From: Acidilobaceae archaeon | Lineage (GTDB): Archaea; Thermoproteota; Thermoprotei_A; Sulfolobales; Acidilobaceae | Assembly: GCA_038824665.1 (NCBI GenBank) | Contig: JAWBBK010000001.1 | Coordinates: forward strand, 192,001 to 256,000 | DNA: 64,000 bases | Reading direction: 5' to 3' | Shown here: one piece after another, positions 40,310 to 49,847 of the stretch | How the letters are laid out: each line of letters starts with the position of its first letter | Position numbering within the stretch: position 1 is the stretch's first letter | Notes under the pieces: model-generated | Told to the model about the DNA's origin: nothing | The model's database searches: none | Seen by the model: only the letters and a program-made list of their open reading frames with translations | Position numbers and translations under genes: made by a program

Positions 40310-41158
40310 TTACACAGCTCTTCCTGAAGCTAAGAACGCTAGAAGAACAGAATAGAGAGAAGCGGTGACGGGATCTACGTTGAACTCCACTATATCCAAT
40401 TCCGCTTTGTTTCTAACAGACTTCAGGAGCTCCTCGTACTCCTTTCTTTCAAGACTTGTCACCATGACTAGAAGCCTACCTTTAGGCGGAGAGTCCTCTA
40501 AAGCGTCTAAAGGTAGAGGGTTGCAAGACTTCACTGCGATACAGTAGTAATAAGCTCCAGCCATCGTAGCCGGCGTGTAGAGAGCTGTTGTGTACGATCT
40601 TTCAACAACGAAACTGTAGCCTTCGATCAGCCATTCTAGAGCGCTATCAAGAGACATCAGCTCTTTCTTGATTCTCTCATCTCTAAACCCCATGAGCTTA
40701 GGTCTCCAGATCAACGCGGCTAAAGACATAGTTAAGAGAGGAGAGGGAGAATCGATCATCACTCTGTTCACGTTGTGTAGTCTTAGTCTTTCTTCATAAG
40801 CTTCGTGCATACGAGGAGCTACAAGCGTAGACTTAGCTCCAAGAATTGATGAAGCTATAACAGCGTTTACAGCTCTAGGGTCTTTCTGTCTACTAGAGAA
40901 TACGATCACGCTTTCACAGTCCCTATAGGGAATTATATGGAGAGAGAGTTCAACTATGTCAACTAGCGAGACGTTAAGACCTGCGTGAGTAGAGGATATG
41001 TAAAGCACGGAAGCAGGAGGTTCTGCTCCTCTTGTATAGGCTATCAGAGAGCCCTCAGTTACGCTTACTTTTCCTTCTAACTTTTTGGCTACGCTTAACA
41101 CTGCATAGTAGGCTTTCTTGAACTCTTCTAAGCTTTGAGATGCGTTAGACGACTCCAT
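40310..41158 (-). CDS. Hypothetical protein (possibly degenerate SIS-like fold)
   Basis: 282-aa ORF overlapping the end of the MTA phosphorylase gene; no firm motif. Confidence 0.6.
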   Translation of the reverse strand: MESSNASQSLEEFKKAYYAVLSVAKKLEGKVSVTEGSLIAYTRGAEPPASVLYISSTHAGLNVSLVDIVELSLHIIPYRDCESVIVFSSRQKDPRAVNAVIASSILGAKSTLVAPRMHEAYEERLRLHNVNRVMIDSPSPLLTMSLAALIWRPKLMGFRDERIKKELMSLDSALEWLIEGYSFVVERSYTTALYTPATMAGAYYYCIAVKSCNPLPLDALEDSPPKGRLLVMVTSLERKEYEELLKSVRNKAELDIVEFNVDPVTASLYSVLLAFLASGRAV

Positions 41159-41978
41159 GCTCTAATGCCTTGCAACAACTGCACTTCTCAGAGCGAGGCT
41201 CTCCCTCAAGCTCGGGTATAGTGCTATAGAGTATTTTCTTAGCTTTTTCAACGTTCTCATTCATAACTCGAACTACTTCTTCTGCAGTAACCGGTCTCTC
41301 AGCCCATACATCATAGTCTGTAACCATGGCTAGCGTTGCATAGCACAGTTGAGCCTCGCAGGCTAGGTTGACCTCAGGAACTAAGGTCATTCCTATTATG
41401 TCAGCTTTGAATACATCTTTCCATAATCTGCTCTCAGCTCTAGTAGAAAACCTCGGACCTTCTATACAGACGTAGGTTCCTGAAGGGTGAATCGTATAGC
41501 CTAGTCTTCTTCCAACTTGGATCAACTTTTCGCGAAGGTCTTCACAGAAGGGGTCAGCCATACTTACATGGACTACTACTGGCCCGTCATAGAATGTGTA
41601 ATGTCTTCTGTTCTTCGTCATATCTATGAACTGATCAGGAACTACTAGATCTCCAGGCTTATAGTCCCATCTAAGACTACCTACAGCAGACACAGCAATA
41701 ATCCATCGAACGCCTAGAGCCTTCAGGGCGTATATGTTAGCTCTATAGTTTATCATATGAGGCGGGATCCTGTGACCTCTTCCATGTCTAGGGAGAAAAG
41801 CTACCTTGATACCTCTAACCTCACCAACGATTATCTTGTCCGAAGGTTCTCCATAGGGGGTGTTCACTGTGACCTCTATAGGATTTGATATAATACCAGG
41901 GTCGTAGAGCCCAGAACCTCCTATGATGCCCACATGAGCTCTAACTCCAGCGGGCTTCATGATAACCTGACTCAACAT
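41145..41978 (-). CDS. mtnP: 5'-methylthioadenosine phosphorylase
   Basis: [30 protein letters not shown]. Confidence 0.94.
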   Translation of the reverse strand: MLSQVIMKPAGVRAHVGIIGGSGLYDPGIISNPIEVTVNTPYGEPSDKIIVGEVRGIKVAFLPRHGRGHRIPPHMINYRANIYALKALGVRWIIAVSAVGSLRWDYKPGDLVVPDQFIDMTKNRRHYTFYDGPVVVHVSMADPFCEDLREKLIQVGRRLGYTIHPSGTYVCIEGPRFSTRAESRLWKDVFKADIIGMTLVPEVNLACEAQLCYATLAMVTDYDVWAERPVTAEEVVRVMNENVEKAKKILYSTIPELEGEPRSEKCSCCKALEHGVV

Positions 41979-42063
41979 CTACACCTCGGTTTAACGGCTA
42001 GACCTCTACTGAATTTAAGCTTAATCCTGTGTGAGCTATTGAGATTTCAACGGGTGGCAAGAG

Positions 42064-42432
42064 GTAGCTGAGTATAAACAAGCCATCGTGTTAAGACGCG
42101 ATATAGATATGAGCAAAGGAAAAGCCGCTGCTCAGGCAGCTCACGCTAGCGTAGAGGTTGTTGTCGAGATTCTAAAGAGCGGTAAGAAGGAGTGGAAGGA
42201 ATGGCTTGAAGGCTGGCTGTCTCAGGGTCAGACTAAAGTGGTTCTTCGCGTTAGCTCAGAGCGTGAACTCTTAGAGGTTTACGAGAAGGCTAAAGCAGAG
42301 GGACTACCCGTCTCTATAGTAAGAGATGCGGGGAGAACTCAGCTAGAGCCGGGAACGCTCACAGCTGTCGCTATAGGGCCTGCTCCTACTCATCTTGTCG
42401 ACGAGATCACAGGACACTTGAAGTTGTTTTAG
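42064..42432 (+). CDS. pth2: Peptidyl-tRNA hydrolase Pth2
   Basis: EYKQAIVLRRD, GKAAAQAAHA, DAGRTQL, AIGP; start uncertain (first canonical start is 42088). Confidence 0.93.
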   Translation, partial: VAEYKQAIVLRRDIDMSKGKAAAQAAHASVEVVVEILKSGKKEWKEWLEGWLSQGQTKVVLRVSSERELLEVYEKAKAEGLPVSIVRDAGRTQLEPGTLTAVAIGPAPTHLVDEITGHLKLF

Positions 42433-43530
42433 GTGCTTTCTTTGAACGACTCTCTCTACAAGCTCAGCGTTCTTAACGCTCTCAAAAGGTTATGGGGAAT
42501 AGAGGCGACACTTTCCAACTTCTCCAACAGACCTGAGGCCGCTCTAGATCCAAACAGATTTCGTGTTTTTGAACTACCTCCTTCAATAGCGACTGAGGAA
42601 AAGGGCTGGCGGCTCTATCTGGTTAGAAAAAGCGGGATCTCAACTCTAACAGCTATGTCTAAACTTAGAAAGGCTCTAAAGGCTCGAAAGGTGGCTTTCG
42701 CTGGGCTTAAAGACGCTTGGGGCATCTCCTATCAGTACGTCTCTTTTATGGAGCCGAGAGAAGAAAGTAATTACGTCGATCTGGGAGACGTTAAAGCGTG
42801 GCTTCTAGAAGAAAGAGGCCCTCTTCTCTTAGGGTCTCATTCAGGAAACCTCTTCAGAGTAGTTCTCAGATCTAAAGAACCAAAGAGAGTCTGTAACAAT
42901 CTGACCATGCTTAAATTCGTGCCTGGATTCTATGGGCCTCAAAGGTTCGGTATAATCAGACCTTCTTCACACATCTACGGGCTTAGAGCTGCTGGAAGAG
43001 AAGGAGGTTGGCTTTTGAGAGAGTTCGCTTATAGATACCCTCTAGAAGAAAAACGAGCTAAGCTAAGCTACGAAGTTAAAGCCTTAAGAGAGTCCAAAGA
43101 GAGAGTAGACTTCTGGTTCTCTCTGAAGAGAGTCCCTCTTGTAGCTAAAGACTCTCTTCAATCTTATCTTTTTAACAGAGCTCTTTCAAGAGTCATTAAA
43201 AAAGAGGGCTTAGAGAGAGCAACTGAAGCCGAAGTTACAGTACGTCTAGGTGGAGCTACAATCAGAGTTTCAGCAGCTAGATTGCCTTCGAGAAGGCTTT
43301 TGAAAAGCAGAACTCTCTGGGCTGAGGTCGTTAGAGAGATATGTGAAGAAGAGGGAATAAGACTAGACATGCTTCGTCCGAAAGCTCCACTTAGACCTCT
43401 AGTTTTCCCTATAGACGTAAGGCTATGTAGAGCGGGAGAGAACGAAGTTGAAGTCGTTTTCTGCCTACCTCCCTCAGCTTATGCTACAGTGGCTTTGATG
43501 GAGATAGCAGAAATAGATTACTTACTTTAA
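42433..43530 (+). CDS. truD: tRNA pseudouridine(13) synthase TruD-like
   Basis: FAGLKD, GNLFRV, FYGPQRFG, QSYLFN, LPPSAYAT. Confidence 0.85.
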   Translation: MLSLNDSLYKLSVLNALKRLWGIEATLSNFSNRPEAALDPNRFRVFELPPSIATEEKGWRLYLVRKSGISTLTAMSKLRKALKARKVAFAGLKDAWGISYQYVSFMEPREESNYVDLGDVKAWLLEERGPLLLGSHSGNLFRVVLRSKEPKRVCNNLTMLKFVPGFYGPQRFGIIRPSSHIYGLRAAGREGGWLLREFAYRYPLEEKRAKLSYEVKALRESKERVDFWFSLKRVPLVAKDSLQSYLFNRALSRVIKKEGLERATEAEVTVRLGGATIRVSAARLPSRRLLKSRTLWAEVVREICEEEGIRLDMLRPKAPLRPLVFPIDVRLCRAGENEVEVVFCLPPSAYATVALMEIAEIDYLL

Positions 43531-43637
43531 GCTTTTAAATTCTCCTACTATCAAAATTTATGAACAAAAAATTAATGAATTTCTACAGAATATAGAGTTA
43601 TACGGTAGACTCAGGTTACATTTGAGGTGAGACTCGA

Positions 43638-44075
43638 ATGAAGCTAGCGTTCTTTAGACACGGAGGAGGTCAGAGCCCTTTTAGTGGAACAGACGAGGCT
43701 CACATCGAGGCTCGTATGGAGGTCATGGCTAGAGGTCTTCCCTTCAAGCCTTCGATAATCTACTCGAGTCCGTATGACAAAGCTGTAGAGACAGCTAGGG
43801 TTATAGCTAAGGTGAAGAAGGCTAGTTATACTACGATCACTGAACTCTCTCCAGCTATAGCGAGCTTCGAAGCGCTGACTAGATACGTAAAGGATGGGGC
43901 TGTTTTTGTTGGACATTCGCCCAGCATAGAAGCTGTGGTGGTCTCTCTAATCGGAGGGGGTAACATAAAGCTGGACCCAGGAGGCTTCGCTGTGGTAGAG
44001 GCCACGAAGTACGCTCACGGAGCAGGAGTGCTTGTCTTCCTAGCCAATCCAGACTACCTTCTCTTCTTAGTCTAG
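43638..44075 (+). CDS. Histidine phosphatase (SixA-like)
   Basis: FRHG, YSSPY.KAVETA, VGHSP. Confidence 0.8.
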   Translation: MKLAFFRHGGGQSPFSGTDEAHIEARMEVMARGLPFKPSIIYSSPYDKAVETARVIAKVKKASYTTITELSPAIASFEALTRYVKDGAVFVGHSPSIEAVVVSLIGGGNIKLDPGGFAVVEATKYAHGAGVLVFLANPDYLLFLV

Positions 44076-44085
44076 ACGTAGTTAC

Positions 44086-45327
44086 TCAAACTCTTCGCTT
44101 AGAAGTTTCAATTAGTTTCTTTAGAGACTCCACAAGAGCATCGATGTCGTCCTTGCAGTTATAGACATAAAAGCTAGCTCTCACACTGCCTTGGTGAAGC
44201 CCTAGTCTCTGGTGTAGTACATGAGCACAATGACGACCTGTTCTCACAGCGATCCCTGTAGAGTCAAGCCATAGTCCTACCACGTCTGGAGATATGTTGT
44301 CTACGTTGAAGGCTATGATGCTTGTCTTGAGTCTAGAGTCTTTAGGCCCTACTATCTTTACATTATCGACTTCGCTTAGCTTTCTAAGAGCGTGTTGAGT
44401 CAGTTCTTTGTCGTGTTCCTCAACATTCTCCATGCCTATAAACTCAAGGAACTTCACGGCTTCAGCCAGCCCTACGGCTTCAACTATTGGTGGAGTTCCT
44501 GCCTCAAACTTCATAGGTAGGTCTTCCCATTCTATAGCTATCTCACTGTCTTTGAGCATCACGTTCTTTACTGTATCTCCACCTCCTAGAGGGTTCTCTA
44601 GCTCTTCGAGAATATCTTTACGGCCCCAAAGAACCCCTATTCCCGTAGGTCCTAGCATCTTGTGTCCGCTGAAAGCTAGAAAGTCAGCCTCCATCTCATA
44701 GACATTGGTTTTGATGTGAGGAACAGATTGGGCTCCGTCAACGACCACGTATGCTCCCACGCTGTGCGCTATTTTAGCTATCTTCTTAACGTCAGATATG
44801 TATCCAGTAACGTTAGAGATGTGAGCGAAGATCACGGCTCTGGTCTTCTCTGATATCATGCTCTCTAAGGTGTTCCAACGAGGCACTCCTTCTTCATCTA
44901 CCGAGACCAACTTGACTTTAGCTCCTACCATCTTGGCTGCTCGATACCAGGGGAGCAGAGTGCTGTTGTGTTCGGCTTCGGTAAGGATGATCTCGTCGCC
45001 AGGCTGGATCAACTTGTTGTATACAAAGGTTAAAGCCAATAACTGCATCGCTTCAGTAGTGTTCTTAGTAAACACTATCTCTCTCCACTCCTTGGCTCCT
45101 ATGAACTTAGCTACGATTTCGTGTGCTTCATCATAGGCTCTAGAGGCTTCAATAGACAACGAGTATACGCCTCTATGTACGTTAGCGTATCTTAAGCTCA
45201 TGAAGTTCTTCATAGCTTCTATAACTTGTCGAGGTTTTAAGGTGCTTGCAGTGCTGTCCAAATAGATCAGTCTGCGTTCCTGCAACTGAGGGAAGTGTTC
45301 TCTGATTTTGACGCAGTCTAAAGGCAA
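44086..45327 (-). CDS. sufS: Cysteine desulfurase, SufS type
   Basis: YLDSTAS, YANVHRG, FSGHKMLGPTG, RTGRHCA. Confidence 0.92.
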   Translation of the reverse strand: MPLDCVKIREHFPQLQERRLIYLDSTASTLKPRQVIEAMKNFMSLRYANVHRGVYSLSIEASRAYDEAHEIVAKFIGAKEWREIVFTKNTTEAMQLLALTFVYNKLIQPGDEIILTEAEHNSTLLPWYRAAKMVGAKVKLVSVDEEGVPRWNTLESMISEKTRAVIFAHISNVTGYISDVKKIAKIAHSVGAYVVVDGAQSVPHIKTNVYEMEADFLAFSGHKMLGPTGIGVLWGRKDILEELENPLGGGDTVKNVMLKDSEIAIEWEDLPMKFEAGTPPIVEAVGLAEAVKFLEFIGMENVEEHDKELTQHALRKLSEVDNVKIVGPKDSRLKTSIIAFNVDNISPDVVGLWLDSTGIAVRTGRHCAHVLHQRLGLHQGSVRASFYVYNCKDDIDALVESLKKLIETSKRRV

Positions 45328-45597
45328 TCAACTCACCTTCTTAAATCTTAAGAGATACTCTCCGTTTTCTCTTCTAGCTTCTAGAAGTTCTACCTTCCAC
45401 CTCCAAGTAACGATCCTGATAACTGCTTCCATTGGCGCATACTCTTCATCTCCAACTATTTCAAACTCTTCTCCAGGCTCTACGCTTTCTATCATGCCTA
45501 TCAACGAATGAGAAGGCGTTGCTGTACAAGACTCCCAGGCTTCTCGTGTGAGAGCGATTCTTTTCTTTACTCTTTTTACTCTTTCCTTTACGCTCAA
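45328..45597 (-). CDS. TusA/SirA-like sulfur carrier (divergent)
   Basis: 89 aa, single Cys (SCTATP), PGEEFEIVGD, C-terminal YLLRFKK. Confidence 0.55.
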   Translation of the reverse strand: MSVKERVKRVKKRIALTREAWESCTATPSHSLIGMIESVEPGEEFEIVGDEEYAPMEAVIRIVTWRWKVELLEARRENGEYLLRFKKVS

Positions 45598-45649
45598 GTC
45601 TTAACCCTATGCTCTAAGTCTTCTAAAAGTTTAATGCGTTTAGAATTCT

Positions 45650-46531
45650 CTACTTTCTGATGTAGCCCGATCCATCGCAGACCGCTCTCCCTCTTAGCAC
45701 CCCCTCTCTGCAGGTAGCGAACTCAAGTCCTAGTTCATCAGCTACTTCTTTTGCTCTCTTCAAGATCTTTAGTCTGAATTCTCTCTTAAGATACATGTAG
45801 CTGTGTTGTTTCTCTCCTTCAGTACGGTAAAGTCTATAGAGGTCTTCCTTTAAGTGAGAGAAAGCGTTAGCGATTCTTTTTAAGCTATCTGGCTTAGCTT
45901 TGTAAGTGCTGACAGTGATTTGAAGAGCTCCTGCTCGACTTGCTTCCTCGACTACAGACCTGATGGACTCGTAACTGTCATTAATGAAAGGGATGAGAGG
46001 GTCTAGCCTTATCGTAACCGGTAGCTTTATAGACGCGAGAACGGCTGTAGCTCTCAACCTCAGAGAAGGTGGTGGAGCTCCTGGCTCTAGGATTTTGGCT
46101 AACTTTTCATCAATGGTGGTTACTGTTACAGCTATCGCTATCTTCTCTTTATGCTTTTCGAGAACTTCAGCGTAGTCTAAAAGGATGTGAGGAGCTTTAG
46201 TCGTTATCAGCACCTTAAAACCTCTTGACAACAACAGTTGTAACAGCTTGAGAGTTTCTCTATGCTTCAGTTCGAGAGGTTGTAAGGGGTCGCTGCTAGC
46301 TGAGAGTTCTACGACAGAGCCTTGAGGGACTTCTTCTAGATCTCGTGAAGCGTTCTCAAGTAGTCTTGGCTTACAGCGGGGCTCGAAGAACCTCTTGATA
46401 TAACTTGAGGCATAACAATAGAGACAGCCATGTCCACAGCCAGTATAAGGGTTAACGGTTAGCTTAGGCGGACAGCTACAGAGCGGTGATTTCCACGGAT
46501 CGAAGGGTCTCACAACTCTTAACAAGTTCAC
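45650..46531 (-). CDS. Radical SAM protein (SPL-like family)
   Basis: NPYTGCGHGCLYCY, SSDP, LEPGAPPP, CREG. Confidence 0.9.
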   Translation of the reverse strand: MNLLRVVRPFDPWKSPLCSCPPKLTVNPYTGCGHGCLYCYASSYIKRFFEPRCKPRLLENASRDLEEVPQGSVVELSASSDPLQPLELKHRETLKLLQLLLSRGFKVLITTKAPHILLDYAEVLEKHKEKIAIAVTVTTIDEKLAKILEPGAPPPSLRLRATAVLASIKLPVTIRLDPLIPFINDSYESIRSVVEEASRAGALQITVSTYKAKPDSLKRIANAFSHLKEDLYRLYRTEGEKQHSYMYLKREFRLKILKRAKEVADELGLEFATCREGVLRGRAVCDGSGYIRK

Positions 46532-46579
46532 CTACCTGAAATTAAGGCTCGGCTCGAGGCTATAGAGACAGGTGTTATT

Positions 46580-47080
46580 ATGGAGATCTCGATAGCTTTC
46601 GTTATTCCTAGCAATTCTGTGTACTGGAGCGACAAGAAGGACGAGACTTGGGAGATAGTTAGGAAGAGATGTTCTAGACCTCCATTTAGGTTGATAGCCT
46701 ATAGGGTAATACCTAACGAGTCGGGAGAGATTCGCGGAACTGTTCTCGAGCTAGCTAGGAAAGCAGACGTTATTGTGGTTAGCGGAGGAACAGGTATGAG
46801 CTCTCGTGACATTACTGTAGAGGCGTTGAAGAAGATAGCTCAAAAAGAGTTAACGGGTTTTGGAGAAGAACACAGAAGAAGAAGCTTAGAGGAGGTCGGA
46901 CTTAGAGCCATACAAAGTAGAGCTATCACATTCATAATCGGCCAGTCTTTGGTTTTCGTTTGTCCCGGTAGTCCTAGTGCTGTCAAAACTGCTTTAGACA
47001 TCTTAGAAGAGATGTCAGAATACTTACTCGACGAGATAAAAGGATATGGTCATGGACGTAAGACGACTACTACTTCGTAA
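46580..47080 (+). CDS. MoaB/Mog molybdopterin adenylyltransferase family protein
   Basis: SGGTGMSSRDITVEA, GFGE, PGSP. Confidence 0.85.
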   Translation: MEISIAFVIPSNSVYWSDKKDETWEIVRKRCSRPPFRLIAYRVIPNESGEIRGTVLELARKADVIVVSGGTGMSSRDITVEALKKIAQKELTGFGEEHRRRSLEEVGLRAIQSRAITFIIGQSLVFVCPGSPSAVKTALDILEEMSEYLLDEIKGYGHGRKTTTTS

Positions 47081-47105
47081 ACTCTTTCTTCATAAAATTT
47101 AGCCT

Positions 47106-47738
47106 CTAGAGTCTCTTCAAGAAAGGGTTTGTCGAGAGTTCTAAACTCATAGTCGTAGGAGGTCCGTGTCCAGGATACAATTTGTGGCTCAAGGGTACAA
47201 TCTTTGAGAGTTTCGCTAAAGTCTCCTCCATGGCTTTAGGGTCCGAGCCTGGGAGGTCCGTTCTACCGATAGAGTTCTTGAACAACACGTCACCGGTCAT
47301 CGTGAACTCTGGTCCGATTAGGACAATGCTACCAGGGCTATGTCCAGGAGCCTCTAACACTACGAACTCAACGCTTCCCACTTTGATCACATCGCCATCG
47401 CTGACCAGAGAGGGTTCTAGCTCTAGTGACGGGAAGAGTTCCACACTCCATACCTTAATCCCTCTAAGCCTAAGAGAGATGTTGTATTCTATTTTGTTCA
47501 CAATAACTTCAGCTCCCGTGATTCTAGCTAGTTCAGAGACTCCAAGCACGTGGTCGAAATGGAGATGTGTCAACACTATTGCCTTTAAGGAAGCGCTATT
47601 AGATTTGAGGATCTGGAGCACTTTTCTATAGGCTCCTTTCCAGCCTGGATCGACCGCTAAGGCCTCGTCGTTCAGCACTATAACATAACAGTTCGTTCTG
47701 AGAGGTCCACCTACTACAGTTTCTATGGTTACTTTCAA
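47106..47738 (-). CDS. MBL-fold metallo-hydrolase (glyoxalase II-like)
   Basis: THLHFDH, PGHSPGS, TGDVLF, PGHG. Confidence 0.92.
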   Translation of the reverse strand: MKVTIETVVGGPLRTNCYVIVLNDEALAVDPGWKGAYRKVLQILKSNSASLKAIVLTHLHFDHVLGVSELARITGAEVIVNKIEYNISLRLRGIKVWSVELFPSLELEPSLVSDGDVIKVGSVEFVVLEAPGHSPGSIVLIGPEFTMTGDVLFKNSIGRTDLPGSDPKAMEETLAKLSKIVPLSHKLYPGHGPPTTMSLELSTNPFLKRL

Positions 47739-47803
47739 ACAACCTCCCGAAGAGCATAGAGTTGAGAGCGAGCTAAATAGAGGTTGTAGAGTTCGAGCTC
47801 TAC

Positions 47804-47834
47804 TATGATCTAAGTCTTTTATGATCTAAGTCTT
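47804..47834. repeat. 15-bp direct repeat with 16-bp period
   Basis: TATGATCTAAGTCTT-T-TATGATCTAAGTCTT. Confidence 0.9.
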
Positions 47835-48063
47835 AGAGTCCCACCATTAGAAGACGTTCCGTCTAACGCCTAATAGGACAAACTGGAGGAACCAGAGTTC
47901 TCGAGCTATCTAGAGCCTCTCTGTCCAGTATCCTCAGTTCCTTCTACGTAATACTCCTAGCTTTCTTTGAGAGAACTCTTTGACCTTAATGACTTCTTCT
48001 CTCGACCTATTCCGCTAGGTTTCTCATGTGGCTCCAAGAGGGACAGCAGGTTTCTCACATTAC

Positions 48064-48126
48064 AGTTAACTGAGAGTTAACTTGACTGAACCTCTTCGCT
48101 CGGTTTAGAGTTAAGTAAAGTTAACT
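48064..48126. promoter_or_regulatory. Array of four AGTTAACT palindromes
   Basis: Copies at 48064, 48075, 48109 (AGTTAAGT) and 48119, upstream of the protease gene promoter. Confidence 0.55.
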
Positions 48127-48207
48127 TCGGAACCTGTCAAGAAGTTGGTTAAAACAGGAAGAGAGCTTAATAAACGATGGTGCTCTAAGGAGACTGGAGA
48201 ACGCGAT

Positions 48208-49194
48208 TTGGCTTATCTTGATTTAGAGAAGCTGTGGAGAGTTCTCTCCAGATATCCAAACGTAGTTGGGCTCAGCAATAAGCTGATGCCTAGGATAAGA
48301 GAGGGAAAAGAGATTCCAGAAGAGCTCTGCCTAAGGGTCTATGTAACCAAGAAGGTCCCTCTCGCCGTTCTGAAGCCTAACGAGGTCATTCCTCGTGAAG
48401 TCGAGGGGATACCTGTAGACGTAGTGGAGATAGGAGAGCTGAAGGCTTTAACGGACAAAAGAAGCAAATTTCGACCGCTAATGGCTGGGATATCGATAGG
48501 TTCTGTAGAAGTTACGGCTGGAACTCTAGGGTGGTTCTTCAGAAAAGGAGACAAAACGCTCCTCGGGTCTAACGCTCATGTGTTTGTGGGAGACCCTAGG
48601 CTAGATCCCGAAAAGGTTGAGATAAAAGACATCATACAACCGGGAAGAGCGGACGGAGGCACAATTGAAGACAGAGTTGCCATTTACCTCTGGCACGAAC
48701 CAATAGTCGAGTGGCATAAAGAAAGCGAATGTCCTATAGCGAAGCTCATCGTTGAAGCCTATAACTTTGCGGCTAAGCTCTTGGAGGCCAGAACCAGACT
48801 GAGAGCTGTAGTTGAAGCTGTGAACTTTGTGGACTTCGCTGTAGCCGAGCCTCTCGTTGACTTAGACATCAAAGCCGTAGACCTAGAGGTCACAGGAAAA
48901 CTTGTGGGCTTAGGTTTCGCAGGCTCAGATAAGGCCAGCCTGGTTTGCAAAGCCTCTAGAATAGCTCAACTAGGCTTTGAGCCTGAAAACGCTGTTCCAG
49001 TTGAGATAGGCGAAGGGGATAGAGTAGTCAAGACAGGAAGGACTAGTTGTACGACAAGAGGAACAGTGCTCGATTCGTCAGCTACTCTTTTAGTATCCTA
49101 CGGAGGCTGGAAGGCTTTATTCGCAGACGTGGTGCTTACCACTAAGATTTTAGAGCCTGGAGACTCGGGAAGTAGCGTATGGCTCGAGGATTAG
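48208..49194 (+). CDS. Nal1-like trypsin-family serine protease
   Basis: N-domain PNVVG..RVYVTKK..EGIPVDVVEIG; catalytic triad NAH / VDFA / PGDSGS; start probably TTG 48208. Confidence 0.8.
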   Translation: MAYLDLEKLWRVLSRYPNVVGLSNKLMPRIREGKEIPEELCLRVYVTKKVPLAVLKPNEVIPREVEGIPVDVVEIGELKALTDKRSKFRPLMAGISIGSVEVTAGTLGWFFRKGDKTLLGSNAHVFVGDPRLDPEKVEIKDIIQPGRADGGTIEDRVAIYLWHEPIVEWHKESECPIAKLIVEAYNFAAKLLEARTRLRAVVEAVNFVDFAVAEPLVDLDIKAVDLEVTGKLVGLGFAGSDKASLVCKASRIAQLGFEPENAVPVEIGEGDRVVKTGRTSCTTRGTVLDSSATLLVSYGGWKALFADVVLTTKILEPGDSGSSVWLED

Positions 49195-49245
49195 ATAAGA
49201 TGAGTAGAGAGGTTTTGAAGACAAAGAGTTCAAGCTGTTTAGAAA

Positions 49246-49659
49246 TTAGATAGCCTCGACGCTCTTTATTTTTATCTCTCTGGCTTCCTCTACCTTCATG
49301 CTTCTATCTGCGTAGTGAGTTACATAGTGTTTTGGTTTGAGAGCTTTCACTATTACCTCAATAGCTCTAGCTGGGTCGGTGTGTTCTCCACAGGTGAATA
49401 CGTCGACTGTAGCGTAGTCGTACTCTAGCCACGTGTGTATCGCTATGTGGCTTTCTGTGACTAAGGCTATCACCGAGACTCCGCCTTTCTTGCCTCCGAA
49501 CTTCCAGCTCTTGACCTCGTAGAGAGTGGCTCTTGAAGCTCTAACAGCCTCTATTACTATCTCTCTTAGCTTCTCTTCGTCTCCAGCTATTTCTTTATCT
49601 ATATGATAGAGACTACCGTAAATGTGCTTCCCTATTATTACATCCGACTCTTTACGCAT
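49246..49659 (-). CDS. Pyruvoyl AdoMetDC-family proenzyme, crenarchaeal arginine decarboxylase type
   Basis: ESHIAIHTW cleavage site, TCG, and GGKKGGVSVIALV segment as in the Sulfolobus ArgDC paralogue. Confidence 0.8.
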   Translation of the reverse strand: MRKESDVIIGKHIYGSLYHIDKEIAGDEEKLREIVIEAVRASRATLYEVKSWKFGGKKGGVSVIALVTESHIAIHTWLEYDYATVDVFTCGEHTDPARAIEVIVKALKPKHYVTHYADRSMKVEEAREIKIKSVEAI

Positions 49660-49847
49660 TCCTACGTTTCTACCTCATCTGTTCAAGGAACAGGTCTCCA
49701 GCTATATAAGCTTGATAAGCTCCTGTAAGGCTACAGTCTCAAAAAACATGATAAACAACGCGGTAATTCCACAAAAGACTACTTAGTTGGTTACGTTATT
49801 CATCAATATATCGAGAGAATTATAGAAAAAAGTTGTGGAAGAAAGTT

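Noticed and set aside
43554-43579. AAAATT(T/A)ATGAA direct repeat before the SixA-like gene
   Set aside because: Only two imperfect copies in very AT-rich DNA; too weak to call an operator.
47804-48126. Short repeats as a degenerate CRISPR array
   Set aside because: There is no repeat-spacer periodicity, the units are too short, and there are no cas genes.
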